DNA from: Lama guanicoe
Lineage: Eukaryota
Length of the DNA: 64,000 bases
Direction of reading: 5' to 3'
Assembly: GCA_013239625.1 (NCBI GenBank)
Contig: MU053504.1
Span: forward strand, 250,001 to 314,000
In this document: one piece after another, positions 1 through 11,410 of the stretch
Layout: each line of letters starts with the position of its first letter
How positions within the stretch are numbered: position 1 is the first letter of the stretch
Program-made: the position numbers and the translations under genes
Notes under the pieces: model-generated
The model's input: only the letters and a program-made list of their open reading frames with translations
Database searches by the model: none
Told to the model about the DNA's origin: nothing

Positions 1-482
1 GGCAACCTTGGGAGCTACTCATTGAAGATGGTGGGGCCTCCATCAGCCCTGGCCCCTAATTTCCCATGTGGAGGGAGCTCTCACACCTGCCTTCAACTGG
101 ACAAGATGTATACTAGAAATAAACTTTTCTGGAATTTCAGGGTTTGTCTGTTTTATCACCTTGCATTACCTGAACCAACACAGAACCATTTCCTACTATT
201 CCAACTTAAAAGGATCTCTGGTAAAGATGCCAGAGAAGGATGCATTGCCAGCTTTGGGAACTTCTGCTTTAACCTCATGATCTGACCCCTCATTAGGTGG
301 GGACTCCAGAAAGTCGAGCCAGCCCCGCCTTCTCCGAAATCTCAGACGTTGGACAAGGTCTGAAGCTGATGCGGGGGCGGGGGCTGGCAGGGGGAGGGCT
401 GGAGACTGGAGGGTTGTCTGAAAGGCCTTTAGCTCAGCACCCTCTGGTGCTTTGGCCTCAGCCCCCCAGGGAACCCTCTAAC

Positions 483-598
483 CTTTCTGGGCTCTGTCAT
501 GTTGGCCACATGGATGGTGTAGATGCCACTAGCATTGGCCCCGAAGCGCTGGATCTCTGCACAGTCCTGGAACACCTGCTCAGCTGCCCTCATGGAGG
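483..598 (-). CDS. ANGPT4: Angiopoietin-4 exon 5 (start of fibrinogen-like domain), 116 nt; gene continues beyond the window start
   Basis: Acceptor cccattgcag|CC. Hand translation (A)SMRAAEQVFQDCAEIQRFGANASGIYTIHVANMTEPRK contains the FReD DC...SGxYTI motif. Donor AAG|GTTAGA. Exons 1-5 sum to 936 nt, in frame. Not captured by the ORF track. Confidence 0.95.
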
Positions 599-719
599 CT
601 GCAATGGGACAAAATCAAAACAATTGGAGGTGAGCTAAGGAGAGAGGGAAGGGGCCTGGTCAGCACTACTGCCTGCTCTGTGCCAGCTTCTGGGCTGGGA
701 GGTTCTGGGGACAGGGAGA

Positions 720-1200
720 TGTATCGGACCTGGAAAGGCTTCCTAGAGGAGCTGGCAGTGAGCTGGGACCTGGAAGAGGAGCAGGAGGCACCCAGCTGAA
801 GAAGGAAAGAGTATCCCAGGCAGAAGGAACAGCACATGCAAAGGCTCCAAGGGGGAAAAAGTCCTGCTGTTCGCAGGGAACAGAGTGTGGTGAGGGTGAC
901 TGACTGAGGACAGGAACGGAGATGATTCAGACCCTGATTGCAGAACTGAGGCCAGAGGGAAGTCTGGTTGTTTGATGGACCCAAAAGGAGCAGGGAGAGG
1001 CTGGCACAGATACACGCATCAGGAAGGAGAGATGAAGCTGGGATTTCAGCAGGGGCCAGGTCAGCCTTGAATGCCAGGCCGAGGAGCCCAGACTGTGCCA
1101 AGGAAAAGTACTCTGGCCAGAGTGTAGAACAGAGACTGAAGGGGCTGAAACTCAAAGCAGGGAGACCAGAGATGAGGCTGCAAGAGTCTTCTAGGACAGG
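720..1200 (-). mobile_element. L2 fragment
   Basis: GGAAAGGCTTCCTAGAGGAG...GAACAGCACATGCAAAGGC...GGGAGACCAG, the antisense L2 pattern. Confidence 0.65.
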
Positions 1201-4049
1201 TCATTGTGGTCTAGACTCCACTGAGGTACTTCCCCATTTCACAGACCAGGAAGCTGAGGCCCAAGAGTGAGGTAACTGGCTCAAGGGCACAGAGCTGAGT
1301 AGGGTGGGAGAGGCTAGGCAGAGCTTTCTCTCTCTCCAGGTTTATGGGGGATTTGTCCTTAGAGCTCCCTTGGGTAGGAGGCGCGGGGCCCCTCCACAGC
1401 CCACTCCTCCAGTTGTATATCCCTGCAGGCTTGGAGGTGGGTCACCTCATAATGCTGACCATGAGCCTTAAGGGAAAATATTAATTTAATGGCTAAATCC
1501 CACCAGGGCCCTAGTGGCCTCCAGGCCTAGCCTGAAAAAGTGACTATTGGTAAATAAACTACAGAGGATTCAAATCCCCTCTCTGGCTCCTTTTGTCGGA
1601 TTCAGTTAGAGGTTTGGGCTATGATTCCACCAGAACCTAGTTTTTGGGTAGGTGGGTATCTAAGGATAAAGTTCCAGATGGATGGATATTCTCACCAATG
1701 AGAAACCAGAAAACTATGAAGGAGTGGGACTTCCTATTTTGGCCTCACTCTTGAACCTGGATCCTGAATCCCCGAGCTGGGACCCTGTTGAAAGGATGCT
1801 GTTGTTCCTAGATCACAAATGAAGTGACAAATCTATACCAGTCTGTGTACAAACATTCCCTGGACAGGATCCCATGGCCCCACCTGCCAGCCCCCTAGTC
1901 CTGAGAACTGGAGTCCAGCCAAGCCTGGTAGGGTGCTGACCTAGAGGCGAGCTCGGACAGGCCCAACTTTCTCAGCCAGGCAAGGGAACAGAGCTAAGAG
2001 TTGGCCTCAGATTTCCAGCCACGATTCCCAAGGCTCTGTTCATTAGTGTTTTCCTTAGTTAACAATAGTCTTAACAACAATAGTAGCAATAAAAGTGAAA
2101 TATCCACTATGTATTGTAGTGTTTCTTGGCCAGGTACTGCAAGGGGCAGTCTGGGGCCAGGACAAGTATTTTCAGGGAGCTTAAGAGCAAGAATGGACTA
2201 GCATCGACATGCAACATAATTTGGCCCCAGTCTGGAATCCCCCGAATCTTTGCACCAGCTTCACCCATTGAGGGTCTGAGATATTCAATGACGTGTGCAA
2301 AGTCCCAGTGTTAAGTAAGTGAAGGAGACAGAGCTTGAATTCTGATCCATCTGACTGGCGAGCCACTGCCTTTCCTACTACCCACCTCCACTTGGGTCTC
2401 CACCACTGAGCCTATATAAGGCTGGGCAAACAGACCTCGTTAACGAAGCTGCTTCTGATACCTTGCACGGGTGAGGTCTTTTCTAACTGTGTCCCCGTCT
2501 GTCTAACTTCTGAACACCTTGAGTTCTCCACCCCTTGCCAGCCTCTACCTGCCAAGGACAAAGCTTTGCAGAGACGGGATGCAGGCTTCCTGCTGGCCTT
2601 CATGGATGCCTGGTGCCTGGGCCTGTCTCCATCCAATCTTCTGATCTATATCTAGTGACTAATCCTCCTCCAGTTTCTCCATCTAGACAGTGGGGAGAAA
2701 TAACCCATAGTGCCTTTCCCTGGTGACAGTGGGACAAAAGGGCAGGCATTTGGGCAAAGTGTGTCTGAGGTGAGGACCCTTACACAACCTCTCACCCAGA
2801 CTGGTGAGCAAACACTGGGCCACAGCTGGAGACAGGGTAAGCAGTGAGCCTGTGGGGAGAGGGGTTGGGCCCAGGCCCTGTGCCTTTGGCTGAGCTACAG
2901 GAACCCCACACATGGGATTGATTTAGGCAGCCTCACTGCCAGGGCTCTGCACAAGCCAGTGATGGGTTCAGGTTACTCATAACTTCACGGTTTGGAAGAT
3001 AACCACCTCTCTTACCTGGAGTTACCTCAGGCCTCACGCCCCTACCTGGCCAAGCCTGCCTGACTTAGATGGAGCCGTGGTGCCATCCTCTGTCCCCAAA
3101 TCACTGACAGCCACAGTGCCTGGAATCCATCACTACTGTCATTTCTTATGCCTTAAAGGCTTTCCAACCTCCCCTATGGGGACCCAGCAGCAGTAGGAAC
3201 ACTTTTCATTCACTGTCTTTCTCTCTCACCAAGTCATTCTCCCCTCCCTGGTTTCAATTACACTTTCTAAAACATAGTCCCATGCTGTTCAAAACCCTTC
3301 CGTGGCTGCCCTCAGTTTAAATCCCCTCTGCTATGCACAGCCTTTTAGGCCTTCTGTGGTCTGGAATCGTCAGGAACACTGCTGGCAGGGCATCTGGCAC
3401 AGAGTAGGCACTTAACAAATAGGCATTTCCTCTTCCTTCCCTCAGAGACCCACAGACGTGAGTTGGGTATTTTTTGTAAGAGATAGGGGCTCCAACTGTG
3501 CTGTGTAACCCCAGCCCCCAGCACTGGGACTGGCTCATGGTGGGTGCTCACTCAGTAAGTGCTTGTTGACCAAGTGACTGAAGCTGGACCGGGAGGGCCT
3601 TGTCCACCTAGAGTGGGTCCCATTAGAAGTGAGGGCTGGGGAGCCAGGCCCAGCCATTATCTTCCTTTCTCAGAAGCCGGGGCCAGAGGTGCCTCACCAC
3701 TTCTGTTTGGCCTTCTTGGGCTTAGAGGCAGAGACATCAGGGTGAGAGAAGTCCTTGGGGGGCATTGAGTGCAACCTCTCCATTCTACAGGTAGAGAAAC
3801 TGAGGCCTGGGGTGGGACGGGTTAGGCAAAGCCAAACCAGTTGGGGTGGAGAGTGGATCTGGGAATCTGACCATGTCAGTCTGGGCTGGTGGTGTCTTTA
3901 TTGTCACCACTTCCATTAAACAGGTGGAGAAACGAAGGCCAAGAGAGATACAAGGGCAGCTCAAGGTCACTCATGGAGTCAGGGGGAAGCTCCTGGTCCT
4001 CTTAGGCCTGCTGTCGTCACCATGATGATTACTGTGTTATTTCTCTCTC

Positions 4050-4600
4050 ATATGCGGTGGGAGGTGGGTGGGGCTTTTCCCGTGGTGGCTTACAGGCCCC
4101 GCAGCGAAACCGGCGGGGAAGCGGGGGTCTCCCTCCCCTCTCCCGCGCTTCTCCCGCGCTTCTCCCGCACCAGGGCGCCCCCATCGCTCACCTGGGCCCT
4201 GGGCCACGACGCGCACCAGGCGCTGCACGGACTCCAGCAGCTGGCGCTGCTGGCGCTGCAGGAGGCTGGAGTTGCTGCTGGCGGCGCGCAGGCTGCGCTC
4301 GAGGCCTGCGAGGGCTCCGCTCTGGCGGCCCAGCAGGCGCCGCAGCCGCTCCTTCTCGCCGCGGAGGCTGGCCAGCTCCGCCTGCTGCTGCGTCTCCAGG
4401 GCCTGCACCCGCGTCTCCAGCGCGCTGCGGGGCGGGGGCGCACAGGGGTGAACCCGCCGTCCCCACCGTGCAGTCACACTCGCGGGCTTTTCCCTGCAGC
4501 CCGGGGTGACTCTGCGGTACAAACCGGCGCTGAGGCTCAGAGAGGTAGAGCGTCCTGCCCAGGGTTACACAGCCCGGAAGTCCGTGCCCACCGACAGCAC
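4050..4600. other. Intragenic CpG island over ANGPT4 exon 4
   Basis: Very high GC and dense CpGs relative to the flanks. Confidence 0.75.
4192..4424 (-). CDS. ANGPT4: Angiopoietin-4 exon 4 (end of coiled coil), 233 nt
   Basis: Acceptor ccccgcag|C completes the Ser codon. Translates (S)ALETRVQALETQQQAELASLRGEKERLRRLLGRQSGALAGLERSLRAASSNSSLLQRQQRQLLESVQRLVRVVAQGP. Donor G|GTGAGC, phase 1. Confidence 0.95.
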
Positions 4601-7009
4601 AGAGTGAGGAGAGGGAGGAAAGAGAGACCTGGCCCTGGAGTAAAATAGACTGGAGTCTAGTAGAGGGAAGAAATGGGGTGGGAGGGACACACCAGTAACC
4701 AGGTAGCCATACGCTTGCCCTTTGACCTAGCCAACCACTCTCAGGGGATAACCTCCAGGGCGCATGGGCAAGAGTGCCTGATGGGGGTTGGGTTGTATTA
4801 GGGGAAAACAAAACAACCTAAATGCCCAACAGCCACTGGGCTCGGGACTGGCTGAGTCTGTTCTGTTCTGATGTCCCTGGAAACGTTCATGAAGAGGATG
4901 GAGGCTTAAGTACATTTGCACAGATTCGGAAAGATGCCCAGGACTTGGAGTGGGTGCCCGGGCGCAGCGGTGCCTCTAGTCTAACCCCATATGTGGGAAA
5001 TTAAAAGGGAAAGAAAACAGGTATTAATGTAAATGTAGAGGGAAACTGGAAAGCTTATAAGAAAAGGCATTGAAAGGCACGTGGAAGGACAGGGTGGTGC
5101 CTCTGTTCATAGAGAAGGTGAAAAAATCCACTATGTGCTGTTACTTCTGCAGAGCAGGTTTGAGCGGATGGAGATGGAGGAGGGGGGAGGGGGGGGAGGG
5201 GAGGGGGGGTCTGACTTTCCTTTTCCTTTTGCACAGGTATTGACTCAGCTCTTCCACTTTGGCATTTTAACCTACAGATTTGCTCCCATGTGTGGGAGAT
5301 ATGGGAACGTTATTCACGGCATCACTGGCTGGAAGCGTGAAAGACTGGAAACAACCTCAACACCCATTAACTGGGAATGGAGAAATAAATGTGGGGACAG
5401 CCAGACAGTGGGACATCATGCAGCTGAAGGAAAGAATGAGCAAGTGTGTCATCGAGTTAGGGAACCATTTCCAGGATAACTGAAAAAAAACAAAACAAAA
5501 CAAAAAACTAAGGTACCAAGGAGTGGTAAGCACCTTTGGGGTTTAAGAAGGGTAAAAAAAGGGACTATGCATATGTATTTGCCTCTGCTGCAGGCGGGTG
5601 TGTGGCTGAGGGATAGAAGTAGGAGGGAGATGTTCTCCTATATATGACGTTATGCCAACCTATTCTCGAGACTAAAATGAGTCCAGCTAGGGCAGGAGGA
5701 ATTTCCCCTTGACCCCAAATGATGCTGCAGGAAGAGGAAGAATTTGGACACTCTCAGATTCTGGAATTTTAGCTGTTTCCATGGGCCAAGAGCTTATTAA
5801 TGACATCCTCCATCTTCACTGGTTTCTGGACACCTAGTGCCAATTCAGAGTGATTGATAGTGTCCCAGTCCTTGCCCTCCCCACCTGGGGTCAGGGAATA
5901 AGACTAAGAAGATACACACACTAACATTAACAGCCCCCAGATCACAGGGAGCTGCAGGAGCCTTATGCCTTTATTCCTGACCCAGCACACGACCAACAGT
6001 AACATCGCACCCCATCCACAGGCCTGTGGCTACTTCCGTGTGTGGGTTTTGCTTCCTCCAGCAGCCTAACCTTGGCAGTTTTTTCTCCACTCAGCTCAAA
6101 ACCGAGATGAAATCAGCTTCAGATGTCCATGTCTCTGCCTTATCTGTACCCCATGACTCTTTCTTTGTAACTTAAAGTGTGTTTCCATGTGTGTATTTGC
6201 TTATAAATGCAGAGACTGTCTGCTGGTGCCAACAAGAAACTGGTAACTGCTTGCTTCTGGGAAGGGGAGTTGGTGGATGAGATCAGATTTATTTATTTAC
6301 AAATAAGTAAGTTGAATTAAAATGTACTAGGTGAATTATATGGTGTGTCAACTGGAGTTCAACAGAGCTGTTAAAACTTTACAAAATAAATGAAGGAAGA
6401 AAGAAAGAGAAAGATAGAAAGAATGGAGAAATAATTAGGGTGCTCTGAGCCCCAGGAAAAGCCCTGTCCTGTGTCCCCACCCAGGGCTGAATAGCACTGG
6501 AGTCACAGAGGCAGAAGAGCCTTGCCCTGGACTCCTGGACTGGTGGGAGACAGTTTTGTGACAGGGTCATCAAGGAGGGCCCCCAGGGGGCTGTAGGCCT
6601 CAAGGAGGCCCTGACCTCACCCAGGAACAGAGGTCAAGGTAGGATGACCAGGGTTGTGAGCCCGCCTGGCCAACCTCAGGGCCCCCCAGTTTCAGCCCGG
6701 CCCCTGTGTCCACCTTCACTCTCAGCTTCAGTCTTATCTCCAACCCTAGTTTCTGTCCTTACCCCAACTGTGGCCACGTCCCAGGTCTAGTTCCAGCCCT
6801 AGTCCCCCAAAGGCCCCCTCACTCCAGTCTTAATCCAGGCCCCTAGCTCTGGCCCCAGCCCCCGTCCCAGGCACTAACCCAAGTCCAGCTTTCAACCTTG
6901 GCCCCAGCCCAAGCCCAGCCTTGGCTCTGATGCTCACCCAGGGTCCCCAAACCCACTTGGGTCCCAGCCTGGCCCTGGTCCCCGCCCAGTGCTGGGGGCC
7001 AGTGCCCAC

Positions 7010-7131
7010 CTGTTGCGGCCCTGCAGCCGGTGCAGCTCATGGCCCTGCAGCAGCAGCTGCTTCTCCAGCTTGTTGGTGGACAGTGAGGTCTCCAGCAGCT
7101 GGATCTCCATTCGCGATGTCTGGTTCAGGAC
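7010..7131 (-). CDS. ANGPT4: Angiopoietin-4 exon 3 (coiled coil), 122 nt
   Basis: Acceptor ccggggcag|GTC. Translates VLNQTSRMEIQLLETSLSTNKLEKQLLLQGHELHRLQGRN. Donor AG|GTGGGC, phase 2. Confidence 0.96.
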
Positions 7132-7299
7132 CTGCCCCGGCAAGTGGATGAGGGGAGCTACATAAGCCCTGCAGGAGCCCTGCCCAGCAGCCACACACCT
7201 GCCCTCGGGCCCTGCCGTTTCAGAAACTTGATGACCTATTTCCACCCTCCCACCCGTTAGTTCCTGTGGCTGTTCATTAAGTCATTCACTCACAGGCCC

Positions 7300-8110
7300 T
7301 AACTGAGCTTATGATATGTTTCCTAAGTTTGCTGTTCCCTGTCACTGTGCCTGATAGTGCCACTTCTCCTGCTGCTCAGACCGCAGGAGGAGTCACCCTT
7401 GACCTTCCCCGCCCCAACAGCCAATCCATTAGCAATTCTCATGAGTTCCGCCTTCCAAATGGGTACCTGACCACTTCCCTGTCCCTCCACAGCCCCAGTC
7501 TGGCCCCGGCCTCCATCATCTCTTGTCCTGTGTCCTGTGCCAGCTCCTTACTGGGCTCCCTATTTCTGCCCTTGCCCCCTACACACCGTTGTCTGCTCAG
7601 TAGTCTGAGACAAACATTTAAAATGTGGCCCCTCTGCTCAGAATCTTTCTGTGGCTCCCACCTTACCCAGTGGTGGCCTGCAGCACCCTGTGATGCCTTC
7701 TGCCTCCGTCGCCTCTCTGACCCCTGGCCCACCACTCTCCCCTGGTCATTCCAGCTACACTGGAATGACCTCTGCAATACTGTTCTCCCTGTCTGGCAGG
7801 CCCTCCCAGTAAGCCTGGCTCCAATCCTCCCTTCCCAATGCCGCTTTCCTGGCTGTACCAGCTCAACTTGCAGCTCATCCCTCCCACCACTCCCAGCACA
7901 CACTCCCCACTGGTCCCTCGCCTATGCTCCTTTCTCCCTAGTGCTTTCACCATTTCATACACAGATCTTACTTATCTTGTCTGTTTTCTTGGTGCTCATT
8001 AGAAAGGAAGCTCCGCAGGGCTAAAGATGCAGGCCTGTTTTATTTACTGCTGTAAACGAGAACCAGGCACTTCCAACACTGCCTGGCACGAAGTGGGGTT
8101 TAACAAACAC
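7300..8110 (+). mobile_element. L2 fragment in ANGPT4 intron 2
   Basis: GGAGTCACCCTTGAC, CCTCCATCATCTCT, GCTCCTTACTGG and TGCCTGGCAC. This explains the spurious 237-aa ORF. Confidence 0.6.
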
Positions 8111-8520
8111 GTGCCCATTTGTCGGTGATCTTTTCAGCCATTCACTGACTCATTTGTATACCTGTCCCCTCCCTCCCTTCCTGCTGCTCCCCGTCGCCTC
8201 TTTCAGAACCTACAGCCCCTGAGGTCTAATGATTTGTTTATTACCCACTGTACCCTCTTCCTCTGGGGCACTGTGAGCCCCTGAGGGCAGAGGGGGATGT
8301 GAAGTCACAGAGGCATAGAGCCAAAGCCACCCCCACCCCCTCCAGGCTCCTGGCCTGGTGGGAGACAGTTTTGTGGCAGGGTCATCAGGGAGGGACACCA
8401 GGAGGAACAGGCCCAGAGGAGCCCTTGCCCTCACCCAGGGACAGGGGTCAAGATGACCAGGGCTGTGAGCCAGCCTGGCCAACCGCAGACCCCCAGTGCC
8501 ACCCCCTCCCACTCTGGTAC

Positions 8521-8676
8521 CTGAGCTTCCACGTCGGTCAGCTTGCGGGTCTGGGCAGTGGTCTGGTTCAGGAGGCTGCTTCCCAGCTCCAGCATGGTGG
8601 CCGTCTGGTTCTGGACCATGTGCTGCTGGGCCTGAGCCAGCTCCAACCTCAAGTTCATCTGGATGTACCTTTCTAT
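8521..8676 (-). CDS. ANGPT4: Angiopoietin-4 exon 2 (coiled coil), 156 nt
   Basis: Acceptor ttcccacag|ATA. Translates IERYIQMNLRLELAQAQQHMVQNQTATMLELGSSLLNQTTAQTRKLTDVEAQ. Donor CAG|GTACCA, phase 0-0. Confidence 0.96.
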
Positions 8677-8779
8677 CTGTGGGAAGACAGTGTGCTGGCG
8701 TCATGGGTAGGGACTTGGGGAAAGCGCCTCTCCCTTCATTATGGCCCCATCAAAGGACACAGAGCAATCAGGGGAGGCC

Positions 8780-9380
8780 GTGCTACCAGGTCAAGTCACC
8801 ATGACCTCTTGCCTAGACTGTTCCAGTAGCTTTCTAACCCTAGCCTCTCTGCCTCCATCCTTTCCCCGTCCACAGCCCATCCTCCACTCAGCTGCTGGAG
8901 GAATAGTGTTAAACCTAAGTCAAGTCACATTCTTTCTCTGCTCAAAACTCTGCCACGGTTTCTATCTCACTCTGAGGGAGAATTAAATTCCTCCCTGCAG
9001 ATTCTTCCATGACCTGGTCTCCTGCTACAGCTCTGATTTCCTTTCCTGGTACTCTCTCCCTCACTCTGCTCCAGACACACTGGCCTCTATGATACCCCCT
9101 CTATAGCAAGGATATGCCTACCGCAGGGCCTTTGCACATGCTATTCCCTCTGGCTGGACACCCCTCCTCCAATCTACATGGTTCACTCCTTCATGTCATT
9201 TCAGGTCTCTTCCTACCACTTATCACTCTGTGACTTTGTATTATATATTTATCTGTTTATTGCCTGTTTTATTTACCCTGAAGCCAAAGGCTTGGGCTTG
9301 CTTACCACTTTATCATCATGTTTAACACAATGCTTAGCACACAAAGGGTGCTCAAAAGATATATGTTCAACTAATTGATG
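8780..9380 (+). mobile_element. L2 fragment
   Basis: CTCTTGCCTAGACT, CTCCAGACACACTGGCCT, CAGGGCCTTTGCACATGCT and GTGCTCAA. Confidence 0.7.
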
Positions 9381-10069
9381 AAAAGGGGAAACAGCAAGGG
9401 TCAGAGCATAGCCCCCAATGTCATGCCCACTACCCAGCCTTCTAGGGCTGAGCCAGCAGCAGGAAGTGAGGCCACATCTTTCCCATACAGGAGTTTGTGG
9501 GTCCATCCACCACGCTGGACTTTCTATTTTCTGGTCCCTTCCATCTGCCAAATGGGGCTGAACTGGCCAGTCTCCAGGGGTTCTCCCAGCTTGGATGTTT
9601 TCGGATCTGACAAGCTGATGTTCATTTCTTTGACAGGACTGCTCTCTTTCCCAAGAGCAGGAGAAGCTGGTCCGGAGTGAGACCAGGATCAAATTGCAGA
9701 GGTGAACAGCGTGTTCTCAAGGCTCAGTGCCTAAGGTCAGAGCGCCGGTGCCCCTCCTCCACTCCCTCTCCATTCGGCACACTTGCTGGCCTCTCGCCAC
9801 AATCTCTACCCCCGAGCCCTGGCTCCTTCCCTTCCTCTGTCACTCAGTCTTCCAGGAGGTCCAAGGGCAGCTCCCAGTGTCTCTGGGAAGACTGGTGCTC
9901 CCCTGGGAAAGATGGTGACCTTGGCTGGGGTGGGGCCTGGCTGCAGCTGCTTATTCCTTCTTCTCAACTGTCTGCTCCCATACCTTCCTCCCTGAGAGCA
10001 CTTGAAGGGGCACGGTCCATTGTAGTGCAACCTCACATCCTGAAAGGGGCGCACATAGCACTGATTAGA

Positions 10070-10220
10070 GCAGTGGTTCTCAAAGTGTGGTCCTTGGGGC
10101 AGCATCACTTCCGAGCTTGTGAGAAATGCAAGTTTCTAGCTCCCACCTCAGACCTACTGAGTCAGAAATTCTGAGGAGGGGCCCAGCCATCAGACGCTCA
10201 CTTGAGTGTGAGAACTCATA
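10070..10220. mobile_element. MER5A-like MITE
   Basis: CAGTGGTTCTCAAAGTGTGGTCC...AGAAATGCA...AGACCTACTGAGTCAGAA...TGAGAAC. Confidence 0.75.
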
Positions 10221-11089
10221 GTGTAGAGGTCACAAAGGGGCCCAAGGACCAGAGAGAGAAGCACGTCCAAACTTCTCAAGCGTCTGTCCCGGTGGCCCCA
10301 TCCTTCCTCCTCTGCACCATCAGCCCCCCACGCGCTGTCCCCTGCAACAGACAAATGTACGCCAATGGCTCCCATCCAAACATTAAAGAAAAAATATCTC
10401 TAACTCCACAGGGCCCTCCAATTTCTCTGCTCCTCCAAGTAAAAAACTTCTTGAACAATTTGCCTCCATTTATTCACCTCCATCCTCACTCTCACCTTTT
10501 AAAAAAATTAATAATATTATTATGGTGTACTTCACACATACAAAAAAGCATATAAAGAATAATATAATAAAATCTGTGTATTTACCACACTCAAGAAAAA
10601 AATATAGCCCATATTGTTGAATCTTATGACACACCGACCTGCCTCCCAGGCCTGGGGAGCCCCCCCCCCACTCTGTAACTCATAGCCGCCCTTGACAAGG
10701 GAGAATCAAGGGACATTTCTATGTCCATCTCTGGGTTTGAGTCTGGGCTCTGCTACACTCTGGCTGTGGACCTCTAGTAGTGGAGGGGTACACTTCTCTG
10801 AGCTTCAGTTTACCAACCTGTGACATGGGGACAGTAAATCCTGCTCCTTGTTGGAGAGGGGCATTTGAAACGGGCCTTGAAGGAAGGGAAAGGGTTTTTG
10901 ACAGGCAGGGGCTGGGGGAGGGGAGGAGGGTGTTCCGGACAGACTACAGACGAGCCTGTGGGGATGCGCAGTCCCAGTGACCAAGGACAGCTGCTCGGGC
11001 CTGCTTGTCTCCTGTATGATCTAAATACAGGAGACTTCAACTGGATAAACGACGGTGGTCCATTCCTCTAGCGGATTCTGCTCAGCAAT

Positions 11090-11410
11090 AAGAGGCATGA
11101 ACTGGTGATTCATGCAACACTCTGGCTGAATCTCTGATGTATTACACTGCAGGAAAAAAGCCAGACTCAAGAGGCAACATATGTAGGATTCCATTTATTT
11201 GACTTTCTGGAAAAGTCAGAATCTGTGGCTGCTGGGGCTAGGGCCTGGGGGAGGGGATTCACTGCAGAGGGACTCGGGGGAACTTTTGAGGGTGTTGCCA
11301 GTGTTCTGTATCATGACTGTGGTGGTTACGTAAGTGTATACATTTGCCAAACCTCGTGGAGCTGTACGTTAAAAGGGTGAATTTCACTGTGAACTATGTC
11401 TCAATAGAAA
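11090..11410 (+). mobile_element. L1M 3' UTR fragment
   Basis: AAAAGCCAGACTCAAGAGG...TTCCATTTAT...GTGGTGGTTAC...GTATACATTTGCCAAA. Confidence 0.75.

Noticed and set aside
4022..4811. Several long overlapping ORFs on both strands
   Set aside because: They are by-products of the GC-rich, stop-poor ANGPT4 exon 4 CpG island. Only the spliced minus-strand frame has family homology.
5698..5707. Perfect NF-kB site (GGGAAATTCC on the minus strand)
   Set aside because: It is an isolated motif in a repeat-rich intron with no supporting context.
7311..8024. 237-aa plus-strand ORF
   Set aside because: It lies in a decayed L2 fragment and has no recognisable domain.
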